Shown here: positions 1 through 8,025 of the stretch, in pieces
Numbering within the stretch: position 1 is the first letter of the stretch
Layout of the letters: every line of letters begins with the position of its first letter
From: Terriglobia bacterium
Lineage (GTDB): Bacteria; Acidobacteriota; Terriglobia; 20CM-2-55-15
Direction of reading: 5' to 3'
DNA length: 64,000 bases
NCBI GenBank assembly: GCA_963664115.2
Contig: CAXWPJ010000009.1
Location: 416,001-480,000 of the forward strand
Notes under the pieces: generated by a model
Seen by the model: the letters and a program-made list of their open reading frames with translations, nothing else
What the model was told of the DNA's origin: nothing
The model's database searches: none
Program-made: the position numbers and the translations under genes

Positions 1-1335
1 ACTCCCCATCAAGTCATAGCATTGATAGGAAACCCACTTGGCGTGGTAACCCGAAAGACTCGTCAGTGCACGGTTCGCCTCGTCGATCGCATCGTCTTCA
101 CGCCCCTGTTCTCGCAAGCTGAGCGCCAAGGTAATGCGGGCGTATGCTCCACGGACGGCCAGATCCTCGGCTTCGAAGGCGGCCGCGGCCGCGGCCGCGA
201 GGGTCTGGGCGGCAGGGAAATCGCCTTTAGCGTTTTGAAGCTTCGCCAGTTGCAAATTGACCCCGGCAGCCTCGACGGCTTTACCGAGACCCCGAAACAT
301 GTCAACGGCATGGCGGAAAGTCTGTTCTGCCGCGTCGGTTTCGCCGCGTTCCGACTGCGCAATTCCTGCCAAAGTCAAACACTGGGCCGTTTCAGCGGGG
401 CTCGAATTTTCTTCAAAGAACGCCTGTGCGCTTTCGGTCAATTCCGCGGCCTCCTGCGGAAGATTCAACTGGAGATATATCTCGGCCCGCTCGAGATCGC
501 ACAGAGCCAAGCGGCGATCGTCTTCTTGCTCGCGGTAACGCGGACGGACTTTTTCTAGGCTGCGGAGCGCTTCAGAATAACTGCCACGCTTGAAGTAAAG
601 GTCCGCAATGTTCTTGTCCAATATGTCGAACCAAAGGCCGATTTCGTGACGTACACAGTATTCGCGTGCCTTCTCGAAGCTGAGTATCGCCTCGTCAAAA
701 CGGTTCAGCTGGGTGAATGCTTCGGCCCGGTTAATTTCCACAGCCGCAGCGACAATGTATTGATCGGTTCCCTCGGCCGCATTGAAAGCCCGATCGTATT
801 CCACTAGTGAGTCCTTGAATCGATCCTGGCGATAAAACAGGTTTCCGAGGGCAACGTGAACACGCGGCAAATATTCCCCATCCTCAACTGCCTCCAGAAG
901 GCCTTTTGCGTGCTCAGCAAGATCCTGAGCCCGTTCGAACTCGCCGAGCGACATCAGGTTTTCCGATTGTGCAACCAGTGTGCAGCCGAATTCCCGGTCA
1001 GCACCGGCCTCGGCAAACAGATCGCTGGCTTTCTCGAAGAATGGCTGGGCCTCGGCTCCTTTTCTCATGTTCATGAGCACATAGGCCTGGCACTGATGGG
1101 CAAAGCCGGCTGCGAGAGGTGTGTCGAGATCAGACGCGAGGAGGAGATTGGTTTCAGCAAGAACTTCAGCAAATTGCCTGTCCTTGGGGAGCCATTCGCG
1201 AATCAGAGCAGAAAGTTTCTCGATGAGTTCTTGGGAGGGAGAAAAACCGGAGTCAACGACAAACGCGCGTTGACCTACGACATCACGAACCTGAACCAGA
1301 GCATCCAGGAATTCCTGAACCGAGGAGAGTTTCAC
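1..1335 (-). CDS. Long TPR-repeat protein, probably the N-terminal part of a TPR-CHAT (caspase-like) protein; runs off the window edge
   Basis: Not in the ORF track. Translated by hand from GTG at 1335 (MKLSSVQEFLDALVQVRD...); segments read are TPR-like helices (VALGNLFYRQDRFKDSLVEYDRA, NIADLYFKRGSYSEAL, WVSYQCYDLMGS at the edge). The CHAT domain itself is not visible here. Confidence 0.7.
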   Translation of the reverse strand, partial: MKLSSVQEFLDALVQVRDVVGQRAFVVDSGFSPSQELIEKLSALIREWLPKDRQFAEVLAETNLLLASDLDTPLAAGFAHQCQAYVLMNMRKGAEAQPFFEKASDLFAEAGADREFGCTLVAQSENLMSLGEFERAQDLAEHAKGLLEAVEDGEYLPRVHVALGNLFYRQDRFKDSLVEYDRAFNAAEGTDQYIVAAAVEINRAEAFTQLNRFDEAILSFEKAREYCVRHEIGLWFDILDKNIADLYFKRGSYSEALRSLEKVRPRYREQEDDRRLALCDLERAEIYLQLNLPQEAAELTESAQAFFEENSSPAETAQCLTLAGIAQSERGETDAAEQTFRHAVDMFRGLGKAVEAAGVNLQLAKLQNAKGDFPAAQTLAAAAAAAFEAEDLAVRGAYARITLALSLREQGREDDAIDEANRALTSLSGYHAKWVSYQCYDLMGS

Positions 1336-1425
1336 GGTAAGGTCGCTTCCTGCGTTTATCTACGCGTTCTTCCTTTACGCGCTATATATCTGCGATCCAG
1401 TCGCCCTCCACTAGAGGGAAGATTC

Positions 1426-2043
1426 TTACGCCAGGACAGCGTCTCGACGATGTACGCAGAAAAGTGTCACCTGCCCGTCAGGCAGGTCCACGGACAAATG
1501 ATAGGTGTCCTGGGGAACTTCGTCGAACAAAAACTCTCCCACCGGGTTCGTCTGGGTCTTATACCGGACCACGCCATGAGACTCTAAACTCACAGGCGTG
1601 TTTTCAAAGAAAGACTCCGATTCTGACAAGACCTGGCCGGCCAGAGACACGCGGTCGTCTCCAGAATCGATGCGGAGATCAACATCTACATTGCCTGCCC
1701 TGAAGAGAAGCTGCCGCGGTACACTGCCCACGTAGCGAATTCCAACCGGGGCGGGCTGCTCGAAGCTGTCGAAGACGCGTTTGGCAACTCGCAGCACCTT
1801 GCTGGTCGTGCTCTCGTTAGGCCGTAAAACCGGCTGGAACAGTTGAATGCCCCACTCTAGAACTTCTGCGGGCGGCTCGTTCGTGGTATCACTTTTCAGG
1901 AATCCAAGTAATTCATTGAATTCGTCGGCATTATCCTGACACTGTTCACACGCGCTCAAGTGCTGGTTTGCCGCGGCCAGCGCTGTAGCATCCGCCTTGT
2001 TTTCAATTTGTTCTATGAGTGTTTCAACCGTTAAGTGGCGCAT
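1426..2043 (-). CDS. Putative anti-sigma factor (zf-HC2-like HxxxCxxC) with C-terminal beta-sandwich / carboxypeptidase-regulatory-like domain, no TM helix
   Basis: QHLSACEQC motif near the N-terminus; directly downstream of the ECF sigma gene; C-terminal TQTNPVGEFLFDEVPQDTYHLSV. Confidence 0.7.
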   Translation of the reverse strand: MRHLTVETLIEQIENKADATALAAANQHLSACEQCQDNADEFNELLGFLKSDTTNEPPAEVLEWGIQLFQPVLRPNESTTSKVLRVAKRVFDSFEQPAPVGIRYVGSVPRQLLFRAGNVDVDLRIDSGDDRVSLAGQVLSESESFFENTPVSLESHGVVRYKTQTNPVGEFLFDEVPQDTYHLSVDLPDGQVTLFCVHRRDAVLA

Positions 2044-2186
2044 CGAGATCTCCGTATACTTTCCAAATCCATGTTTGTGGGATCCCCGACTATCTCTGAA
2101 GACCCATCAGACGTTTCCCTACGTCTACGTAACAATAGAGCCACCTCTACCGGCAGAAATACAAAAATGTCGACCGTTCCGGGCTG

Positions 2187-2756
2187 TTATTGGACTCCCC
2201 TCCGGCGGAGCGTCGCACGGAGCTTCTCCAGGCACCGGGCGCGGGTCGGTCCGATACTTGGAACCGGCATCTTGAGTTTCTCGCTGATTTCAACGTAGGT
2301 GGGGTCAGAGGGGTCCAGATAGAGGAGTTCCAGAAGCCGCCGGCATCGGTGGGCCATTTCGCCTATTGCCTCACGGACCTTCTGCTCCCGGTCCGCACGA
2401 ATACCTACGACCTCGCTTGTTTCGGCGGGGTCCGGAGTCGCCTCCATGCCTTCCTCGTCGGAGACGTCCCTATGCTTCATCGAACGGACGTGGATGCAGT
2501 AGCGGGTTGTCGTCGTGATCAGCCATGAACTGACCTTGGACTCGTCTTTGAGCTCCTGGAGATGTTCGATCAGCTTGACGCAGACCGTCTGAAACACATC
2601 GTTACAATCGGAAGGGGCGAAACCGAACTTGTTCGGAATAGAGAATATCAACCTGCGATACCGCGCAATCAGGGTTTCCCAAGCCCCAGCCTCACCTTCC
2701 AAACACCGGCCAACGAGCTCCGAGTCGCTTAGTTTGTTGTAGGCGTCCGGTTTCAT
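2187..2756 (-). CDS. ECF RNA polymerase sigma factor
   Basis: Region 2 (DSELVGRCLEGEAGAWETLIARY, DVFQTV, SSWLITTT) and region 4 (TYVEISEKLKMPVPSIGPTRARCLEKLR). Confidence 0.92.
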   Translation of the reverse strand: MKPDAYNKLSDSELVGRCLEGEAGAWETLIARYRRLIFSIPNKFGFAPSDCNDVFQTVCVKLIEHLQELKDESKVSSWLITTTTRYCIHVRSMKHRDVSDEEGMEATPDPAETSEVVGIRADREQKVREAIGEMAHRCRRLLELLYLDPSDPTYVEISEKLKMPVPSIGPTRARCLEKLRATLRRRGVQ

Positions 2757-3004
2757 TTCCGGATTTTCCTGGCTTTCCAGAAGTTATGAAGTCCGAAACC
2801 CAGCATGGCAACAGAGAAGATGACGGTCAGCGCGATGCGCCAGACGCCACCGTCTGGCGCTGCAGCCCAACGCTGGTATTCTGGAACGACGCTGGCGCCT
2901 CCAATAATCGCCAGCGCGAGGAAAAACCCGCCAACAACTTCAAGCGTCAGTGTGTGTAATACCCGAAAGGCATCCTTGAAAGCGGTTCTGAATCTTCCTG
3001 CCAT
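2753..3004 (-). CDS. Small two-TM membrane protein
   Basis: 83 aa with two hydrophobic segments; 4-nt overlap with the sigma start suggests translational coupling. Confidence 0.65.
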   Translation of the reverse strand: MAGRFRTAFKDAFRVLHTLTLEVVGGFFLALAIIGGASVVPEYQRWAAAPDGGVWRIALTVIFSVAMLGFGLHNFWKARKIRK

Positions 3005-3222
3005 GAGTGTGGGCTTCCTACGCTATTACCTCTTTCGTGACGCGGCGGCCAACGTCACTGGCATCTTGACTGGCTGTGGGGCCGAAGTTCAATCCCTGTT
3101 TTAGGAAGCTTAACAATTTGCGCTCGACCCGAGACAAGCGCTTCGCTTTCACCCGCTTGACAGCCCTCCGAAGAAGTGTGATACCTTGCGTGCTTAGCGC
3201 CACAGGACCGGACGGAGAAACT

Positions 3223-3525
3223 TTGGAACTCGACGATAACCTGAAGAAGCTGATGAAGGATCTCGGCACGGCAATTAACGACGCCCTATCCGATTCCACA
3301 GGGATCAGCGATGCAATTCAGAACGTCCGCGACGGCGGCTACGACGTGTACCTGGTCCTCGAGGCTACGATCGGGTTCAACAGGCTGCCGGGCGAAGGCC
3401 AGGCGGGCGCAGAAGCTGATGACCGGGCTACTATTCACAACGATGTCGAACTGCAGGTCAACGCACAGGACATGAAGTTTCTCAAGTCCCTTAAAATCAG
3501 AGTCGACGATCTGGAAAACCAATAA
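3223..3525 (+). CDS. Conserved hypothetical protein (~100 aa)
   Basis: TTG start after GGAG RBS (MELDDNLKKLMKDLGTAINDALSDS...DMKFLKSLKI); the track's start at 3076 is probably too long. Confidence 0.65.
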   Translation: MELDDNLKKLMKDLGTAINDALSDSTGISDAIQNVRDGGYDVYLVLEATIGFNRLPGEGQAGAEADDRATIHNDVELQVNAQDMKFLKSLKIRVDDLENQ

Positions 3526-4516
3526 TCCGCATTTGGATTATTGATTCCAGTACCTCTTCAAGCTGAACATCCTTCATTGATTCCTTCTTGATGTAGCGGT
3601 CCTTTGGACCCACAGGCCGGTAATGCTCAGGGAGGCTGCTGCTGAATATTCCCAAAGTCGGCACACCCAGCGCCGATCCAATATGCATGGGGCCAGAGTC
3701 GTTACTGACCAGGAGGTCGGCCCCGGCGATCACGCTGGCCATTTCCTGAATTCCCAGCCCGGCGAGGAGTTGGACCGAGGCGCCGGACTCGCTCTCGACT
3801 TGTCGGGCGATAGCCCGCTCGACCTCCGACTCGCCCGAGAGAACACGCACAGTAGCACCCCAACGGCTCGCGACCTGGGACGCTAGGGCCGCAAACCTGG
3901 AGGCAGGCCAGCGGCGTTCCGGTACGGACGCACCGACATAGAGAACAAGTAAGGGGCCCAACTTTGTTGGGCTCGCAACCCAATCCTGGACGTCAGACCC
4001 CACCTTGATCATAGGACTTTCAATAATCTGGCTCCCGGCCACACCCGGAACATGTTCGACGACTTTCTGGAACATCTCCGAAACGTGAAGCCTCTTATCT
4101 TCCTCGGCAGGTGGAAGGTTGAAGCAAAACGGAAGATATGCCCGATCCGCGCGTTTCATTCCCAAGCGGTAACGCGCTCCGGAAGTCCGAGCCAGCAGGT
4201 TCGTCTCACGAAAACTATGGAAGTCCACAACCAGATCGAAGCGGCGTGAGCGCAGCTCACCCACGAGTTCCCATATGTCTCGAAGCGCCTCGAGACGCGG
4301 GCCATCCCGCATCCGAAGCCGGTCGACGGAAATCACTTCGTCGATGTGAGGACAGAGCTCCGCGATCGGCGCCGCTCGGCTTCCCGTGGTCAGGGTCAGT
4401 CGAGCTCCACCAAAAACACTTTTCAGGCGCAGCAAAGCGGGGAGCAGCAGGACGACATCCCCGATCCGGGCAAAACGGATAGCCAGAATGTTGGAAATAC
4501 CGGAAAGGCGCTTCAC
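3497..4516 (-). CDS. Glycosyltransferase family 9 (LPS heptosyltransferase-like)
   Basis: IRFARIGDVVL N-terminal motif, RRWPASRF, VSNDSGPMHIGSALGVPTLGIF. Confidence 0.9.
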   Translation of the reverse strand: MKRLSGISNILAIRFARIGDVVLLLPALLRLKSVFGGARLTLTTGSRAAPIAELCPHIDEVISVDRLRMRDGPRLEALRDIWELVGELRSRRFDLVVDFHSFRETNLLARTSGARYRLGMKRADRAYLPFCFNLPPAEEDKRLHVSEMFQKVVEHVPGVAGSQIIESPMIKVGSDVQDWVASPTKLGPLLVLYVGASVPERRWPASRFAALASQVASRWGATVRVLSGESEVERAIARQVESESGASVQLLAGLGIQEMASVIAGADLLVSNDSGPMHIGSALGVPTLGIFSSSLPEHYRPVGPKDRYIKKESMKDVQLEEVLESIIQMRIIGFPDRRL

Positions 4517-5139
4517 GGAACGATGATTCGGCTCGCCTCATCCGGCGGCGGCTCGGGAGCCACTGAGGCCAACCAGTCTAGATATTGTCGGCTCCGGGGG
4601 CGACCGCTCGAACGGGAATCGGCGGTCACCAGCAAAAAATCGAGCAGTTCGGGAATATCGGAAACCTTGAGCGCATCGACGGTCGGGCCTTGAGGCTGCA
4701 TCAGCTGTTCCAGGGCGGACTTGATCCGACGATAGAGGCCCATCGAAGCGACGCTGCCTTCGGGCAGCGTTTCATAGTGGATGCCCGAGGAAAGAGTTTT
4801 CATTGTAGCTCTGAGGGCATCGAGCGCACTCCTCACATCCTGATCGACCATGCCAGGAGCCCGGTCCCTCTCCTCCAGAATTGCTTGGGCTACTCGGTTG
4901 ATGGTTCCCGTGTTCCGATAGAGAAACTGTTGATTGAACTGCGGCGTGGGCTGGCGCGGGTCATGGCGGTGTTCCCGCGCCGATTCAAACGAGCGTCCTT
5001 TCCGAAGATAGACACAATCGCCGGGACAGTCGATCTCCACCTCGCGCTTCGTCCCGCAGCAAATGGAGCAGATCTTACCTGCCTTTGCGGGGCACTGGCG
5101 CTTGGCGGCTCGCTGTGAACAGAGAGGGCACTTCGCCAT
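4513..5139 (-). CDS. Cys-rich putative Zn-binding hypothetical protein
   Basis: MAKCPLC...CPA...ICSICCG...CPGDCVYL; start moved to ATG 5139; 4-nt overlap with GT9. Confidence 0.7.
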   Translation of the reverse strand: MAKCPLCSQRAAKRQCPAKAGKICSICCGTKREVEIDCPGDCVYLRKGRSFESAREHRHDPRQPTPQFNQQFLYRNTGTINRVAQAILEERDRAPGMVDQDVRSALDALRATMKTLSSGIHYETLPEGSVASMGLYRRIKSALEQLMQPQGPTVDALKVSDIPELLDFLLVTADSRSSGRPRSRQYLDWLASVAPEPPPDEASRIIVP

Positions 5140-5361
5140 ACCTGCCGCGAAGTATAGCACCTTTGTTTCGACGCGATTTGCGTGTCGCAGTGGACACCGG
5201 TGTCGGCTTGCGCGGCTCTCGGTAGCAGAGGCTCTTGCAAAGAAAAAGTGCTCTATTTTGGAAAAACTCCCGTACATGATCCTCACCTGGTTTGACTTTC
5301 CCTACAGAGCAACGCGATAATCCTCGTTTACGTCTTTGAAGAGATTGGGGGTGTGTAGCAC

Positions 5362-5568
5362 GTGGCTGAAGTGAGACTGAACGAGGGCGAGTCGATCGAA
5401 AATGCCCTCCGCCGCTTCAAGCGAAAAGTCCAGCAAGAGGACATCATCAAACAGGTTAAGAAGCACTCCTTCTACCTGAAGCCGGGCGAAAAGAAAAGAA
5501 TCAAACAAGCTCTGGCCCGCAAGCGCAGCCGGAAAAAGATACGGCGGCGCCCGGAACGCGAAACGTAA
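5362..5568 (+). CDS. rpsU: 30S ribosomal protein S21
   Basis: ESIENALRRFKRKVQQEDIIK...FYLKPGEKKR. Confidence 0.97.
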   Translation: MAEVRLNEGESIENALRRFKRKVQQEDIIKQVKKHSFYLKPGEKKRIKQALARKRSRKKIRRRPERET

Positions 5569-5581
5569 CGATCCTATTGAC

Positions 5582-5619
5582 GAAATGGCCCTCAGGTGTT
5601 CCGAGGGCCATTTCTTATT
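5582..5619 (+). terminator. Intrinsic terminator after rpsU (between convergent genes)
   Basis: gaaatggccctc-aggtgttcc-gagggccatttc hairpin followed by ttatt. Confidence 0.8.
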
Positions 5620-5632
5620 GGACACGCCATCG

Positions 5633-6586
5633 CTAAGCTAGAGCCGTAATGGCACTGAGGTCGATCACGTCCTCCACGCTACATCCCATTCCCAGCTCGT
5701 TGACCGAGGCGTCGAACCCACGAAGAATCGGGCCCACGACCCGGGCTCCCTCGAATGCGCTCTCAAGCTGGTATCGATGATTGCCGGCCTGACGATCGGC
5801 GAAGACATATATGTTCGAGGTTCCGTTAGCAGGAAAGCCCGTGTGCAGCTGGCGATCAACCTCCAAACCGGCCTCACGCGATTCGAGCGTATCAATCGCC
5901 TGCTTCACGCGACGCTTGAGCGATTCGAGAGCACTCTCAAATCCACTGCGTCGCTCCAGCGACGCAACGACCGACGGCGCCAGGAATCCCACCCGCAATT
6001 CAGATTGGAGTAACTCCCGGCTGCACCGACATGCTTCGAGCGCGATTTCCGCCAGTTCGAATGGTCGGGGGGTCGCGAGGGTCATCCCATCCGCGATCAA
6101 AAGCGCGTTTCCACCGCCCGCTGGAAACGCAACCAGAAAACAACGGCACCGCGCCCCCCGTCTGCCGCTTAACCCGGCCGCGTCCTCCAGCCTCCTCCGG
6201 TTTGTCGATCGCGGGCCGACGACCAGACCGTACGCATCTCCTGAGCGGACCATCGCGGCCGCGTACTCGGTTGGATCTTTGAGCTTCTGCCGTAACTCGG
6301 ATCTCTGGAAACCCTGAGCGCGCAAGTCTTCCAGGAGGATGTCTACATACACATCCGCTCTAGGGGAATCCGGGTCAACAATTTCAATATCGACTGGGGA
6401 GAGTCCTCGGACCCGAAGTTGGGATTCAATCCGCGGTTTATTCCCGATCAGGATGGGCTGGGCGATCCCTTGCCCTAAGATCGCGCCTAACGCCTCAAAC
6501 ACTCCTGAATCATGAGGGTGCGGATAAACGATCCGCCTGGACAAAGCTGAGGCGCGCTGACGAATCTCGTCGATCGCTGGGAACAT
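5633..6586 (-). CDS. Divergent phosphate acetyl/butyryltransferase (Pta) family protein, catalytic motif degenerate
   Basis: RRIVYP, YAAAMVRSGDA, ELAEIA, GPILRGF..VNELGMGCSVEDV align to the PTA_PTB fold. Confidence 0.75.
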   Translation of the reverse strand: MFPAIDEIRQRASALSRRIVYPHPHDSGVFEALGAILGQGIAQPILIGNKPRIESQLRVRGLSPVDIEIVDPDSPRADVYVDILLEDLRAQGFQRSELRQKLKDPTEYAAAMVRSGDAYGLVVGPRSTNRRRLEDAAGLSGRRGARCRCFLVAFPAGGGNALLIADGMTLATPRPFELAEIALEACRCSRELLQSELRVGFLAPSVVASLERRSGFESALESLKRRVKQAIDTLESREAGLEVDRQLHTGFPANGTSNIYVFADRQAGNHRYQLESAFEGARVVGPILRGFDASVNELGMGCSVEDVIDLSAITALA

Positions 6587-6615
6587 ATTAGAGATTAGGA
6601 ACTGCCTCCGGGCTG

Positions 6616-8025
6616 CTACACCGGGGACTTCTCTTTCTTCTTACTCTTGATTCCGTGACGTTTGATCTTCTGGTTGAGCGTTGAAAGCGGCACGTGGAAG
6701 CTCAGGGCGGCCTCGGTCTGACTCCCGCCGGTCTGCTCCAGTCGATCGATAATCGTTCGCTTCTCAAAGGCATCAACGATCTCGAAAAGCGCCGCGTCCT
6801 CATCCAGGCCCAAGGACCCGACCGTAGCGAATCGCGAGGGTGGCCGGGTAACAGACTGGGGCAGCAGGTCCGGGCCGATGACATCTGAATAGGCCAGCAC
6901 GACGGCCCGTTCGACCGTATTTTCAAGCTCCCGAACGTTCCCTGGCCAGCTATAGTCCATGATCACCTTTAAAGCCTCCGCACTGAATCGGTACGTTGGC
7001 TTGTCGTTCTCCTGACAGTACTTTCGGATGAAGAAATCGACCAGCGGTGGTATGTCTTCACGTCGGTCCCGCAGGGGGGGTACCTCCAGAGCAATGACGT
7101 TCAAGCGATAGAAAAGGTCTTCCCTGAATTCTCCGGCATCGACCAGGGACCGGAGATCAGCGTTGGTCGCCGCAATGATTCGGACGTCCACCTTGATGGT
7201 TTCGGTTCCTCCGAGGCGCATGAATTCTCGCTCCTGAATGACACGGAGTAATTTGGCCTGCACGTCCGGCCCGATTGTCCCCACCTCGTCCAGGAAAATC
7301 GTTCCCTGATCGGCCACCTCGAACAGCCCCTTCTTCGCAGCCACCGCGTTAGTGAAGGCACCCTTCATGTGCCCGAACAGGGTGCTCTCGAGCAGGTCCA
7401 CCGGCATACTCCCGCTGTTGACGGGAACGAACGGTTTCTCCGCTCGCGCGCTCTTCAGGTGAATCGCTTTGGCAACCAACTCCTTGCCTGTGCCACTCTC
7501 CCCTTGGATCAATGTTGTGCTCCGGCTGGCGGCTACCTGAGTTACGAGATCGAGAAGTTCGAGCATGCACTCACTCTTTCCGATAATGTTGCTGTAGCCG
7601 AAGCGTTCCTTGAGAGCCCGCCGGAGCTGCAAGTTCTCGCTATGGAGCTTGCGCTGTTTGACAGCATTATTGACGCTCACCATCAACTTGTCGTTATCCC
7701 AGGGCTTCGTTACGTAGTCGAAAGCTCCTGAGCGGATAGCCTCGACGGCGGTTTCCACGACAGCCATTGCGGTAAGGATGATGACGGGGAGACTCGGATC
7801 GATGATCTTGAGTTCCTTCTGGACATCCAGGCCTGACCGGCCCGGCAACATAAGATCCAAAAGCACCAGATCGTAGGACTCAGTTTCGATTTGCTTGAGG
7901 CAGGCGTCGGCGTCGGCAACTGCATCGACAACTAAACCCTCAGAGCTCATCAGGAGTTCGATGCTGTCACGAATCCCCTCTTCGTCGTCCACTACGAGGA
8001 CTCGGGGCTTGCCTGGATTAGACAT
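6616..8025 (-). CDS. Sigma54-dependent response regulator (REC-AAA+-HTH, NtrC/AtoC family)
   Basis: VLVVDDE, LLDLMLP, GESGTGKE, ESTLFGHMKGAFTNA, FREDLFYRLNV, WPGNVRELEN. Confidence 0.95.
   Translation of the reverse strand: MSNPGKPRVLVVDDEEGIRDSIELLMSSEGLVVDAVADADACLKQIETESYDLVLLDLMLPGRSGLDVQKELKIIDPSLPVIILTAMAVVETAVEAIRSGAFDYVTKPWDNDKLMVSVNNAVKQRKLHSENLQLRRALKERFGYSNIIGKSECMLELLDLVTQVAASRSTTLIQGESGTGKELVAKAIHLKSARAEKPFVPVNSGSMPVDLLESTLFGHMKGAFTNAVAAKKGLFEVADQGTIFLDEVGTIGPDVQAKLLRVIQEREFMRLGGTETIKVDVRIIAATNADLRSLVDAGEFREDLFYRLNVIALEVPPLRDRREDIPPLVDFFIRKYCQENDKPTYRFSAEALKVIMDYSWPGNVRELENTVERAVVLAYSDVIGPDLLPQSVTRPPSRFATVGSLGLDEDAALFEIVDAFEKRTIIDRLEQTGGSQTEAALSFHVPLSTLNQKIKRHGIKSKKKEKSPV

Noticed and set aside
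22-1587. Plus-strand ORFs 22-558 and 856-1587
   Set aside because: They are antisense to the TPR gene (1-1335, minus), which the track omitted because it lacks a stop inside the window.
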